The notes under the pieces were generated by a model. That model searched no databases and was not told the DNA's origin. It saw only the letters and a list, made by a program, of their open reading frames with translations. From assembly GCA_009914755.4 (NCBI GenBank), contig CP068257.2, positions 39,968,001 through 40,032,000 on the forward strand: DNA of 64,000 nt, in the 5' to 3' direction. Below are positions 42,599 to 52,648 of this stretch, piece by piece. Position numbers and translations under genes: made by a program. This DNA comes from the human T2T-CHM13v2.0 reference genome, Homo sapiens. How positions within the stretch are numbered: position 1 is the first letter of the stretch; each line of letters starts with the position of its first letter.

Positions 42599-43270
42599 TT
42601 AGATTAACTCTGTGTCTTTCAATGCCAGATAAGGCAGCTGTTCTTATTTAATAACAGGAGCCAATGACTGGGGGAGCTGGGGTTCAAAGCCTGGTCTTAC
42701 CCAGATGTACACCAACACCCGCCTCTCCCCGTTGGACCCCGCCCAAAAGCAGCTGCCTGAACGCAGCTTGTTCAGAATGGTATTGGAAATCCACAACCCA
42801 GACCCGTCATCCTGGGGAACCCCAGGACAAGCACATTCCCTCCCCCAACCAGCTTCACCCCGAAGGCAGAGAAGCCGGGACAGCCAGCTCCTGCCGCTCT
42901 CTGAACCCATTTTTCTACGAGCTGAGGCCCGTTCTCACAAGCACACCAGGAACTCGGGAGAGAGGAATTCTCTCTGGACAATCCGGGTCTTCTGGGCAAG
43001 CAAGTCTTCCCCCTTATGGAGACAAAGACGGCCACTGGGTCTGGACCCCTCCACTTATAATAGGGCCAGGAGGGCTTCGGTCTATATGATTATTATTACT
43101 ATTATTACTTCTCTTTCTTCTTTCCTAACTCAGTTACTTAGCCAGTTGCAACAAGGTAAGAGGGAAGGAAAATGTGCCCTGCCTGGTTGATTCATGGATA
43201 GGATTTGTGACCTTCTGCTCGGGGAGAGCCTGTGTATACACCATGTGAGTGTCCTGTCCTAAAAAATCGT

Positions 43271-43722
43271 CACAAGCTTGGGGGCTTAAAACAAAAACGA
43301 TTCATCTTCCCACAGTTCTGGAGGCTAGGATCCCGAAACCAAGATTTCCTGATGGAATCTGGAAGCAGATTGAAAGAACGGGGACAAGCAGAGACCGCTG
43401 GGCCCTGCTCCCTCGGAAGGCTCCAGGGTCGGGGGTCATTCCTCATCTCCCCAGTCTCTGATGGCAGCTGGCGTTCCTCGGCTTGGGGGCACATTGCTTC
43501 ATTTCTGACTCTGCTGTTGCGTGGCTGTCTCCCCTCTGTGTGTTTTGTGCCTGTTCTCCTCTTTCTGTAAAGACACCAGTCATATAGGATTTAGGGCTCA
43601 CCCTAATACACTATGATCTCATTTTAATTAAATTAATTGTACCTGCAAAGACCCTATTTCCAATAAAGGTCACATTCTGAGGTTCCAGGTGGACACGAAT
43701 TTTGGGGGACACTATTCAGCCA
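43271..43722 (-). mobile_element. MLT1-like MaLR solo LTR, minus strand
   Basis: cacaagcttgggggcttaaaacaaaaacgattcatcttcccacagttctggaggctaggatcccgaaaccaagatttcctgatggaatctggaagc...ctgtaaagacaccagtcatataggatttagggctcaccctaatacactatgatctcattttaattaaattaattgtacctgcaaagaccctatttccaataaaggtcacattctgaggttccaggtggacacgaattttggggg is the reverse complement of the MLT1-type LTR. Confidence 0.75.
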
Positions 43723-45138
43723 GTACATACACTATGGAGGAGAGGCAAGAGACACCCGAGGCTTGGACACGGTCATCTCATTCAGCAGACAGCACTGAGC
43801 GCCCACTGGGTGAGAAGCAGGGAGCTACCGCCCAATCCTGCTCAGCCAGGATGGGCAGGAGATGGGTCCAAAGCTCTCAGAGTGTGGCTGTAACAGGAGA
43901 AAGCGGCAGTGGAGGGGTGGAACGGCACCGGTGACCGTGAACAAAACCTCTCCCATCTCTCACCTCTGCGGCACTGGCCTCCCCAGCCTCCCCTGCCAGC
44001 GTGAGCTCACCCACGAAGCTCATTTCTGAGCAGCCCTTCCTGGCCTCTGATCTGACTCAGGACTGCGGAAAATCCCTCGTGGCTCAGGGCATGGGCGGCT
44101 CAGCCCAGGGTGGCCCTCGTGGGGGCTGAGTCAGCAGAGCAGGCCGCCGCTGAGGTGGTGACACTCACACGTGTGTCACCGTTCATGGAACACGCACACC
44201 GATGCAGGCAGACCCAGAGCCGGGCATTTGAGGCCAACTTGAACAGGAAGGAAACACGGTCACAACACTTCCCTCACTAGAGGTGGTTCCTGGGCGGACT
44301 GTGGATTCAGATCAGCTCCAATATTTAGCAGTTTTAAAGCTATAATTTCCTGGAAAACGTACTCAATTTCTCTAAGCCTTGTGCTTCTCATCTGCAGAAT
44401 GGGTACATTCATCCCTAATCCATAGAGCTGCTGTGAGAATTCCATGAGATACTGAATAGATACCACGTATTTCGGACCTGACTCATGACAAGACCAATAA
44501 CGGGGCCATTGTCTCATCTGTTCTTCTCCCCATAGTCTTTGCAGAGTGAACGCTGAGAATGAGAACTCCTAACGTTTTTCCTTTCTGTCCACACAACTTC
44601 ACGATTTACCAAAAGCATTTTGTGTAATTTCTCTTCTTCATCTTTCTCATGAAATGAAAACAACAGTTTTCTGCAGCTGACCCTTTCACCAGAGCTTCCA
44701 AGCTCCCCAGAGCAAGAACCCACATACCAAGCTATGGCAGTCCTGGACCTTGGAAATCATACGGCCACATCTGCAGAAGGAGAAATCCTTGCAGACGGCA
44801 GAGGAGCTGGTGCAATGGCCCAGAGGGAGCAGAACAATTATTTTTTGAAGAATCTTGTCTAACTAAATTATCAGCACTCTCTGTATCCTCAACCTTTAAT
44901 GACCCTCAGTTCTGTTGAGGTCAGACAATGTGAAACTGAACTAGAAAGTCCATTTTTAAAATCTATGCTGCTATAAATGTGATAAAACCCAGCTACCACA
45001 GCAAGGAAAAGAATCTCACTGTTTTCTGGGGTTCCTAGCTCGTCGGAGATGAGTGGGTGACTTCTCGGCTTTTTCCTTGATCTGATGAAAAACCTACCCA
45101 AACCCTTCCTTGCTTCTGCACGAGGGGCTGGGAAACTA

Positions 45139-45320
45139 CAGCCCTGGCCCTGCCGCCTATTTTTGTAAATAAAGTTTTATTGGAACGCAGCTACACTCCT
45201 TCACTTACACACTGCCTAAGGCTGCTTTTACAAGACAACTGCAAATGTGAGTCGTTTCCACAGAGGCCTCATGGCCCTCAAAGCCAAAATTATTTACTGT
45301 ATCATCTGGCCCTTCGCAGG
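45139..45320. mobile_element. Probable non-autonomous DNA-transposon / MER-type interspersed repeat remnant
   Basis: tttgtaaataaagttttattggaacgcagctacactccttcacttacacactgcctaaggctgcttttacaagacaactgcaaatgtgagtcgtttccacagaggcctcatggccctcaaagccaaaattatttactgtatcatctggccctt resembles a common human repeat of the form ..ggccagatagtaaatatttt..ggcc..tatggtctctgtcgcaac..gcagccatag..gttccaataaaactttatttacaaa. The family name cannot be given with confidence. Confidence 0.3.
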
Positions 45321-45433
45321 AAAAAAAAATTGCTAATTTCTGTTCTACTCTGAGTATCCACTAGTTATCTATTTCTCTCTTTTTAAAAATAATCTTTGTT
45401 TTTATAACTGTTTTAGGTTTTGTATTAGTCCTT

Positions 45434-45773
45434 TTTCATGCTGCTGATAAAGTCACACCCAAGACTGGGAAGAAAAAGAGGTTTAACTGGACTTATAGTT
45501 CCGCATGGCTGGGGAGGCATCAGAATCATGGCAGGAGGCAAAAGGCACTTCTTACATGGTGGTGGCAAGAGAAAATGAGGAAGAAGCAAAAGCGGAAACC
45601 CCTGATAAACCCATCAGATCTCGTGAGACTTATTCACTATCATGAGAATAGTGTGGGAAAGACCGGCCCCCATGATTCAATTACCTCCTCCTGAGTCCCT
45701 CCCACAACAAGTGGGAATTCTGGGAGATACAATTCAAGTTGAGATTTGGGTGGGGACAGAGCCAAACCATATC
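45434..45773 (-). mobile_element. ERVL-MaLR solo LTR, THE1-like, minus strand
   Basis: tgctgataaagtcacacccaagactgggaagaaaaagaggtttaactggacttatagttccgcatggctggggaggcatcagaatcatggcaggaggcaaaaggcacttcttacatggtggtggcaagag...ccatcagatctcgtgagacttattcactatcatgagaatagtgtgggaaagaccggcccccatgattcaattacctcctcctgagtccctcccacaacaagtgggaattctgggagatacaattcaagttgagatttgggtggggacagagccaaaccatatca. Confidence 0.95.
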
Positions 45774-46261
45774 AGGTTTATAGGAAAATTATGTAGATAG
45801 TGCAGAGAGTCTCCCCATATTCCTTCTCCCTCACATACATTCCCCTATATTCAGCATCTTGCATTAATTAGTGTGCTCCATTGGATACAACCGATGAAGC
45901 AATATTGATAGATTATTAACTACAGTTCATAGTTCACGCTAGGTTTCACTCTTTGTGTAGTACATTTCCATAGGTTTTAACAAATTGTTTTATTTCATTC
46001 AACATTTTATTGTTACTTTTTAATTATGAAAGTAAGCACATGCCTATTATAACAAGTTTGAACAATACAAACTGTATAAAGGAAGTGATGGAAGGTTCCC
46101 CACTGTACTTTCTGGGTCAATCCTAACACAGCTGACCACGTGCCCTTCCTGAGCTGTTCCCATGCACACAGCCCTGACACTCGTGGGAGTCTGGGTTTTT
46201 TCTAAACGTGGAACTATGCTAGGCTTGTTGCTTGAAACTCGCTTTTCCCACTTAACTGTCT

Positions 46262-46365
46262 CAGTTTTCTTTCTTTGTTTGTTTGTTTGCTTGCTTGCTT
46301 GTTTTGAGGCAGAGTTTTTCTCTTATTGCCCACGCTGGAGTGCAATGGTGAGATCTTGGCTCTCC
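46262..46365 (-). mobile_element. Truncated Alu fragment (3'-end part, minus strand) with a (TTTG/TTGC)n tail
   Basis: ttctttctttgtttgtttgtttgcttgcttgcttgttttgaggcagagtttttctcttattgcccacgctggagtgcaatggtgagatcttggctc. Confidence 0.7.
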
Positions 46366-47034
46366 ATAACCAGATGCTGTATTGAAGGTATGTGCCCATG
46401 TTTAGACACTCAACACAGCCTGTCCATTCATCCTGAAGCACTTCTGGTAGCATTTATGTGAATAGAGTTCTAGAACTTGGACTGTCCAATCAGAAGATGT
46501 GAACATTTTTAGCCTGGTGAGAAATGAAACAACTTGGTAGCATTCACACACCCATCCTCCTGCACACAGAGTGGGGACAGGGGGTGCAGTGTAGATCCCA
46601 AGGCACCGGGAGCATGAGAAGGAGAGTGTACAGGGGTTAGGGAAACCCCAGGAGGCTTCCTGGAGGAGGTGGGTTATGAGAAGGTGAGCTGGATGCACAG
46701 GGTCTGAAGGAGTAGGGGAGGGGGTCATCCAGACAAGAATCACCTGAGCAAAGCCTGGGCCCTTTACGGATCCCAAGGTCAAGGTCACAGGCTGCTCCTT
46801 ACAAATCGCATCATGCATATTTCTGCTGAGGAGGAAAAGATCTTGTAGCCAAGGCTGAAAATCGGGTCTAGTGTGCACCCTCAGTGGGCTGGGAGGAGGA
46901 AGCACTGGGCAAGAGGCACCATTGCAGGCATTCGGGAGATCAGACACAGGTTTGCTTTCCCGGGTGCAGCCTTGGTGGGGTCCCCAAGCTGCCCCAGTCA
47001 GGAGCAGACAGGGCCTCACAGTCCTGTCCCCGGA

Positions 47035-47125
47035 AGCAGGAAAAAAGGGAGGGAGAAAGAAAGAGAGGGAAGGAGGATGGGCAGGGGAGAGAGAAGAAGG
47101 AAGGGAGAAAGGGGAGAACGCATTG
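47035..47125. repeat. GA-rich polypurine tract (GGAA/GAGA-rich)
   Basis: ggaaaaaagggagggagaaagaaagagagggaaggaggatgggcaggggagagagaagaaggaagggagaaaggggagaa. Confidence 0.85.
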
Positions 47126-48114
47126 GCCTTCACACACTCCCTAGCAAGACCCAGAGAGTTTATGGCAACATATCATCATAGCCCCAGACTGAGACAGTCC
47201 AGAAGAGCATTCACAATGGAATCCCACAGCAGAGTACCACACCACCCAGCCATGAAGAAGAACAAAGTCCTGCTGCACAGAGCACCGGGCAGGGATGGGC
47301 ACACAGAGAGCCTGGGGCCAACAAGGTCCTCATTGCTCTGTGTTCCTTCCCAATCCCAGTCCCCTCCGCCCCACTCCTCTCTTTTCTACCCAGAGAACTT
47401 TTGCTGTAATAACTCTTTTGCTTTCCTTTATAATTTACCACCTAAGCATGTTTTCCGAAATAGAGGATTGCTTTTTTTCTCCAGCAGGTGTTTCTTTTTC
47501 TTAAGGCAACATGGAGGCAGGGCTTGTCAGTGCTGGCCACAGGGGTCTGCTTTGTGATCGCTATTGAGTTGTGTTTTGGTTTGTTTGTTTGTTTTGTGCA
47601 CGTTCTTCTATGTGTGTCGTTATTTAACAATAAAGAAGTTTCTCCACCTTTAAAAGTCTGAAAATTGTTGCTTTAGTCCACTGGCTACATTATACATAAA
47701 GTAGATCAGTGTACACCTGTATGTACTCTACTACATGCTTAGAGAGAGGGGGACCTAGGTTTACTCCTCTGCACTTACATGATGTCCCCATGTATGCAGT
47801 GCAGCAGGTCCCCAAATAACGTCATTTTATCCAATGTCATTGTATTACAATGTTGATGAGACAAAAGAAATCACTCCCCATCCAGGGGCCACTGTTTGTG
47901 TGGAGTCTGCACAGTCCCCCAGTGTCCACGCTAGTGTTCTCCTCTTGCAGCCCAAACTGTGCACATTAGGTGAATTCGCAGGTCTAAATTGTCCCCATCT
48001 GAGGGAACGTGGGTGTGGGTGCGCCCCTTGATGGAAGGGTGTCCTGTCCGTGCTGGCTCCCACCTTCCACTCAGAGTTGCCAGGAGAAGCTCCAGACACT
48101 CCACCCTGAACTGA

Positions 48115-48642
<528 letters not shown>

Positions 48643-48901
48643 TGATGGTAACCAGATCAGGGCAATGCACCCAGCCCTCATCTCAAGCATTTGTCATGTG
48701 TTTGTGTGGTAACATTCATATCCTCCCTGTAGCTATTTGAAACTCTATGATATATTATAATTAACCATAGTCATCCCACAGTTGTATAGAGCATGATGAC
48801 TTATTCCTCCTATCTAGCTGTAATTTTATGTCCTTTAACAAGTCTCTCTCTTTCCCCCTCTTCCCCCTATCCTTCCCAGCCTCCAACATCCCCTGTTCTA
48901 C

Positions 48902-49256
<355 letters not shown>

Positions 49257-49384
49257 TGAGTGACAGCATGCAGGGTTTAGCTTTCTGTTCCTGGCTTGTT
49301 TCACTCAGCATCATGCTCTCCAGTTCCGTTTGTCTGGAGTGAGTGTGGATGTGGATCTGATCCTGCAATGGAAGGGCATTACCG

Positions 49385-50815
49385 TGAATGACAGGATCTC
49401 ATTCTTACATATGGCTGAATAGTATTCCATGGTGTATATACGCCCCGTTTTTCTTTATCCATTCATCTGTTGTTGGACACAAGCCAGGATTCCATATCTC
49501 AGCTATTGTGAATATTGCTCCAATAAACACTGGGAGTGCAGATGTCAGCAGAATAAAACTAGGCCCCCACTTCTCACTGCATACAAAAGCCACCTGAAAA
49601 TGGATCAAAGACCTCAAAGGCAAGACCCAAAACTATAAAACTCCTAGAAAAAACAAAACAGGGAAATGCTTTAGGACATTGGTCTGGGAAAAGATTTTAC
49701 AAATAAGACCTCAAAAGCACAGGCAACAAAAGCAAAAATAAACAAATGGGATTATGTCAAACTAAAAAGCTTCTGCAGAGCGAAGGAAACAATCTACAAA
49801 ATGAAAATACAATCTACAGAATAGGAGAAAATATTTGTAAAGTATTCATCTGATGAAAGATTAGTATCCAGAATATACAAGGAACTCAAACACCTCAAGA
49901 GCAAAACAACAACAAAACCAATTCAATTTAAAAATGGGCAAATGATGTGACAGACATTTCCGAGAATAAGACATACAAATGGCCAACACATACATGAAAA
50001 AAGGTAAAGAAGGCAGATTTCTGCCTTTCTGTCACGGGTGGTGACTAGCTAGGGCTGGTGTCGCAGGTGGTAAAGGTATTTGCCAAGAGAGTAGTAGGTA
50101 AAGAAAGGCAGATTTATTAGAGAAGGTATGAGAATATGTTGCAAGGTTGCAAGGTTGCAATGGGCTGTCTACAAAAAGGCAGGGGCTGGAGGGAAGTTTT
50201 ATAGGGTCATGCTGGAGGGGCCAACAAAAGGAGGTCATGCTGCTGGGGCCACCAGGAACTAGGTCATTGTCATCCTGTCATCCGGTTGTTTGTGATTGGC
50301 CATCTCTCAGAATAATTGTTCGTTGTTATTCCCCACCTGGGGCCCTTCCCCACCTGGGGTCCCTCCTGATTGTTGCTTACTTATCTTATCAGGACTCCAC
50401 ACTTTCCCTGATGAGTGTCCTTGGTGCCTTTGTCAAATATCGGATCACTATAGATACATGGATTAATTTCTGTCGATAATTTGTTTCATTGGTCTATGTG
50501 TTTGTTTCTATGCCAGTGCCATGCTGTTTTGGTTACTATAGGCTTGCAATATATTTCGAAGTCAGGCAGTGTGATGTCTCCAGCTTTGTTCTTTTTGCTC
50601 AGGATTTCTTTGGCTATTTGGGGTCTTTTGGGGTTCCATACAAATTTTAAGATTTTTTTTTCTATTCCTGTGAACTATTTTGACAGAGATTGTACCAAAT
50701 CTGCAGATTGCTTTCAATAGTGTTACTAGTTTTTAATTTTTCTTAAATGTATGAAAAGCTCATATTTGTTTCGATGTTTAATATTAGAAGTGTTTTGATC
50801 TTTATTTCAAAATTT
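49385..50815 (-). mobile_element. Old L1 (L1M/L1PB-like) ORF2 3'-region remnant, overall in minus orientation. It contains an internal inverted segment (49545-50030, plus orientation) and an unrelated about 370 bp insert (50030-50400).
   Basis: 49385-49545 is antisense to the L1 ORF2 C-terminal region (..ttacatatggctgaatagtattccatggtgtatatac..ttatccattcatctgttg..tgtgaatattgctccaataaacact..). 49545-50030 is sense L1 ORF2 (..ctgaaaatggatcaaagacctcaaaggcaagacccaaaactataaaactcctagaa..gggattatgtcaaactaaaaagcttctgcag..aatgggcaaatgat..gacatacaaatggccaacacatacatgaaaaaa). 50400-50815 is antisense ORF2 again (..gtccttggtgcctttgtcaaat..gccagtgccatgctgttttggttactataggcttgcaatatatttcgaagtcaggcagtgtgatgtctccagctttgttctttttgctcaggatttctttggctatttggggtcttttggggttccatacaaattttaag). 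Confidence 0.8.
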
Positions 50816-51140
50816 GGGCCAGGTGTGATGGCTTATGCCTATAATCCCAGCACTTTCGGAGGCCAAGGGAGGAGGATTGCTTGAGACCAGGAGTTGAGAC
50901 CAGACCTCATCTCTACAAAAATTTAAAAATTAGCTGGGTGCTGTGGCATGTGTCTGTGGTCCCAGCTACTTGGGGAGGCTGAGGTGGGAGGATCACTTGA
51001 GCCTGGAAGGTGGAGGATAGAGTGAGCCATGATTGTGCCACTGCACTCCAGCCTGGGCAGCAGAGGGAGATACTGTTTCAAAAAAACAAAAAGCAAAAAA
51101 ATAAATAAATAAATAAAAATAAGACCAACAATAAAAATTT
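50816..51140 (+). mobile_element. Alu SINE (AluJ/S-like) with a long A-rich tail and about 9 bp TSD aaaatttgg
   Basis: gggccaggtgtgatggcttatgcctataatcccagcactttcggaggccaagggaggaggattgcttgagaccaggagttgagaccagacctcatctctacaaaaatttaaaaattagctgggtgctgtggcatgtgtctgtggtcccagctacttggggaggctgaggtgggaggatcacttgagcctggaaggtggaggatagagtgagccatgattgtgccactgcactccagcctgggcagcagagggagatactgtttcaaaaaaac..aaataaataaataaaaat. TSD copies at 50807-50815 and 51133-51141. Confidence 0.95.
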
Positions 51141-51152
51141 GGCGATGTTTTC

Positions 51153-51654
51153 GCGACCAAAAATATGCCTTAAGAACTTAACTCTTGTTTACGTCAACTA
51201 ACCTGTGGTGAACTGGTTGCATTATATGTCATTTTGCCGAAAGTCACAGTTTCCAAGAACCTATCAAGCAAGTTAAGTGAAGACTTACTGTACATACCTA
51301 TAAGAAAAAGCAACAACAAAATGGGGAGACGCCCCGACACATGGGGGTACGCCTACGTGGAAGGTTGCAGAATCGCTGCTCTCAAAGTTCCGTGTCAGGC
51401 CGCCTACCCTGATGCTGTTTCCTTGTCCACGTGAGTCAGTTCTGCAGAGGCCTGGCCTGGCAAGCGCAGCCGTGACTTCTCGCTAATCTTCCTGAGAAGC
51501 CGCTCCACCATCCATTCATCCTTAAGAACCCCGGGTGACTCATGACGCTCTGCACAGGACAGTTGAGAATTTATGGGGCAATATGTTTGCCTTCACAAGC
51601 CGTCTAAGCAATGATGAGCAATTCAGGCAGCTATGATTAAAAAGAAAAAAAAAA
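51153..51654 (+). other. About 500 bp CpG-retaining, non-repeat insert ending in ATTAAA plus a 17 nt A-run, flanked by an 8 bp direct repeat atgttttc. It is a candidate recent retrocopy of a non-coding or 5'-truncated RNA, of unknown source.
   Basis: Direct repeats atgttttc lie at 51145-51152 and 51655-51662. The body runs gcgaccaaaaatatgccttaagaac...caattcaggcagctatgattaaaaag(a)n. It holds about 21 CpG in about 480 bp at about 50 percent GC (observed/expected CpG about 0.8). It contains no ORF of 100 codons or more, and it matches no repeat family I recognise. Confidence 0.4.
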
Positions 51655-52223
51655 ATGTTTTCCATCATCCAGTTCTCCTGAAGAAGCCAAAAACACCGAG
51701 GGCTTGAGGTTGTGTTGACAGAATCTTAGCCAACTCCTTCCTAGGGATTTAAACTGTTGCACCATCAATCATTTGCAGAATTCATGGCGATTATCATTTA
51801 CAACCACAGTTTGAGAGTCAAAATGATCAACCTCAGTCAATACCTACACATGAATTGATGGTCTCAGTCATTTGCCCTAAAGCTGGAATTCTATTTTATT
51901 TTTTGACCTCTCCCTCTCCCGAAAAGACAAATCCCAAGTACACATATCAAGGTGTGGTTCAATCCGAGGTCCGTCTCCCCTTGGGGTGCCAAATGCGTCT
52001 GGGGGTTCTCCCTCCCTGGGCCGGCTCCACACGGTCGTGGAGCCTACCTTGCCCTGCCCCTCACCCTGTCCCTTGTGCTTCCCTCTCCCTGGAAGCGAGG
52101 CCTGGGCTGTCCCAGGGAAGGATCCAGCAGGAGAGGGTGGCAGGGCCGGCCTGGGCTGGGCTGCAGCTGCTGTCGTGGTTGCCATCCTCGGCATGCGTTC
52201 GCTGAGGCTGCCGCGGTAAAGCA

Positions 52224-52648
52224 CCACAAACCGGGGACTTAAAGTCACAGAAATTGATCCTCCCAGAGTGCTGGAGGCCGAAAGTTTGCCATCAAGGTGA
52301 CTGCAGGGCTGGTTTCATAGGAAGGCTCTGGGAGAATCGGTCCCTGCCTTTCTCCAGCTTCAGTGGCTCCAGCAATCCCTGGCTCTCCTTGGCTCATGGC
52401 CACGTCACTCTCTGCCTGCATCTTCACGTGGCCTCCTCCTCTCTGTCTCGATGTGACATTTTCTGTCTCCAATAAGGACACTCATTGGATTTAGGGCCCA
52501 CTACAGCCCAGTATGACCTCTTCTTAATTTCACTACAACTGCAAAGAGCTGATTTCTAAATAAGTGCACATTCACAGGTACTGGAGATTGTGAGCATGTC
52601 TTTTTGAATATTTCTTTTTAGGGGACACAATTCAACCACTACATCCTC
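52224..52648 (-). mobile_element. MLT1-like MaLR solo LTR, minus strand
   Basis: caccacaaaccggggacttaaagtcacagaaattgatcctcccagagtgctggaggccgaaagtttgccatcaaggtgactgcagggctggtttcataggaaggctctgggagaatcggtccctgcctttctccagcttcagtggctccagcaatccctggctctccttggctcatggcc...ttctgtctccaataaggacactcattggatttagggcccactacagcccagtatgacctcttcttaatttcactacaactgcaaagagctgatttctaaataagtgcacattcacaggtactggagattgtgagc...ggggacacaattcaaccactaca. Confidence 0.75.

Noticed and set aside
46402-47557. 243 aa minus-strand ORF and 228 aa plus-strand ORF
   Set aside because: They overlap each other on opposite strands across a GA-rich polypurine tract. The translations are low-complexity (GGRKKEREGGWAGEREEG...) and resemble no protein I recognise.
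49385-50030. Classic L1 twin-priming as the explanation for the adjacent antisense and sense L1 pieces
   Set aside because: In twin priming the inverted 5' piece derives from sequence upstream of the sense 3' piece, and the sense piece carries the poly-A. Here the antisense piece is the more 3' L1 region, and the overall order fits a minus-strand element with an internally flipped segment.
51153-51654. NUMT (mitochondrial insertion) or a known small RNA (7SK, U snRNAs, RMRP, RPPH1, TERC, Y or vault RNA) as the source of the CpG-rich retrocopy-like insert
   Set aside because: I recognise no similarity to human mtDNA rRNA or coding text, or to these RNAs, from memory. This is a weak rejection. 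A database search is required, and the finding is kept as an open question.
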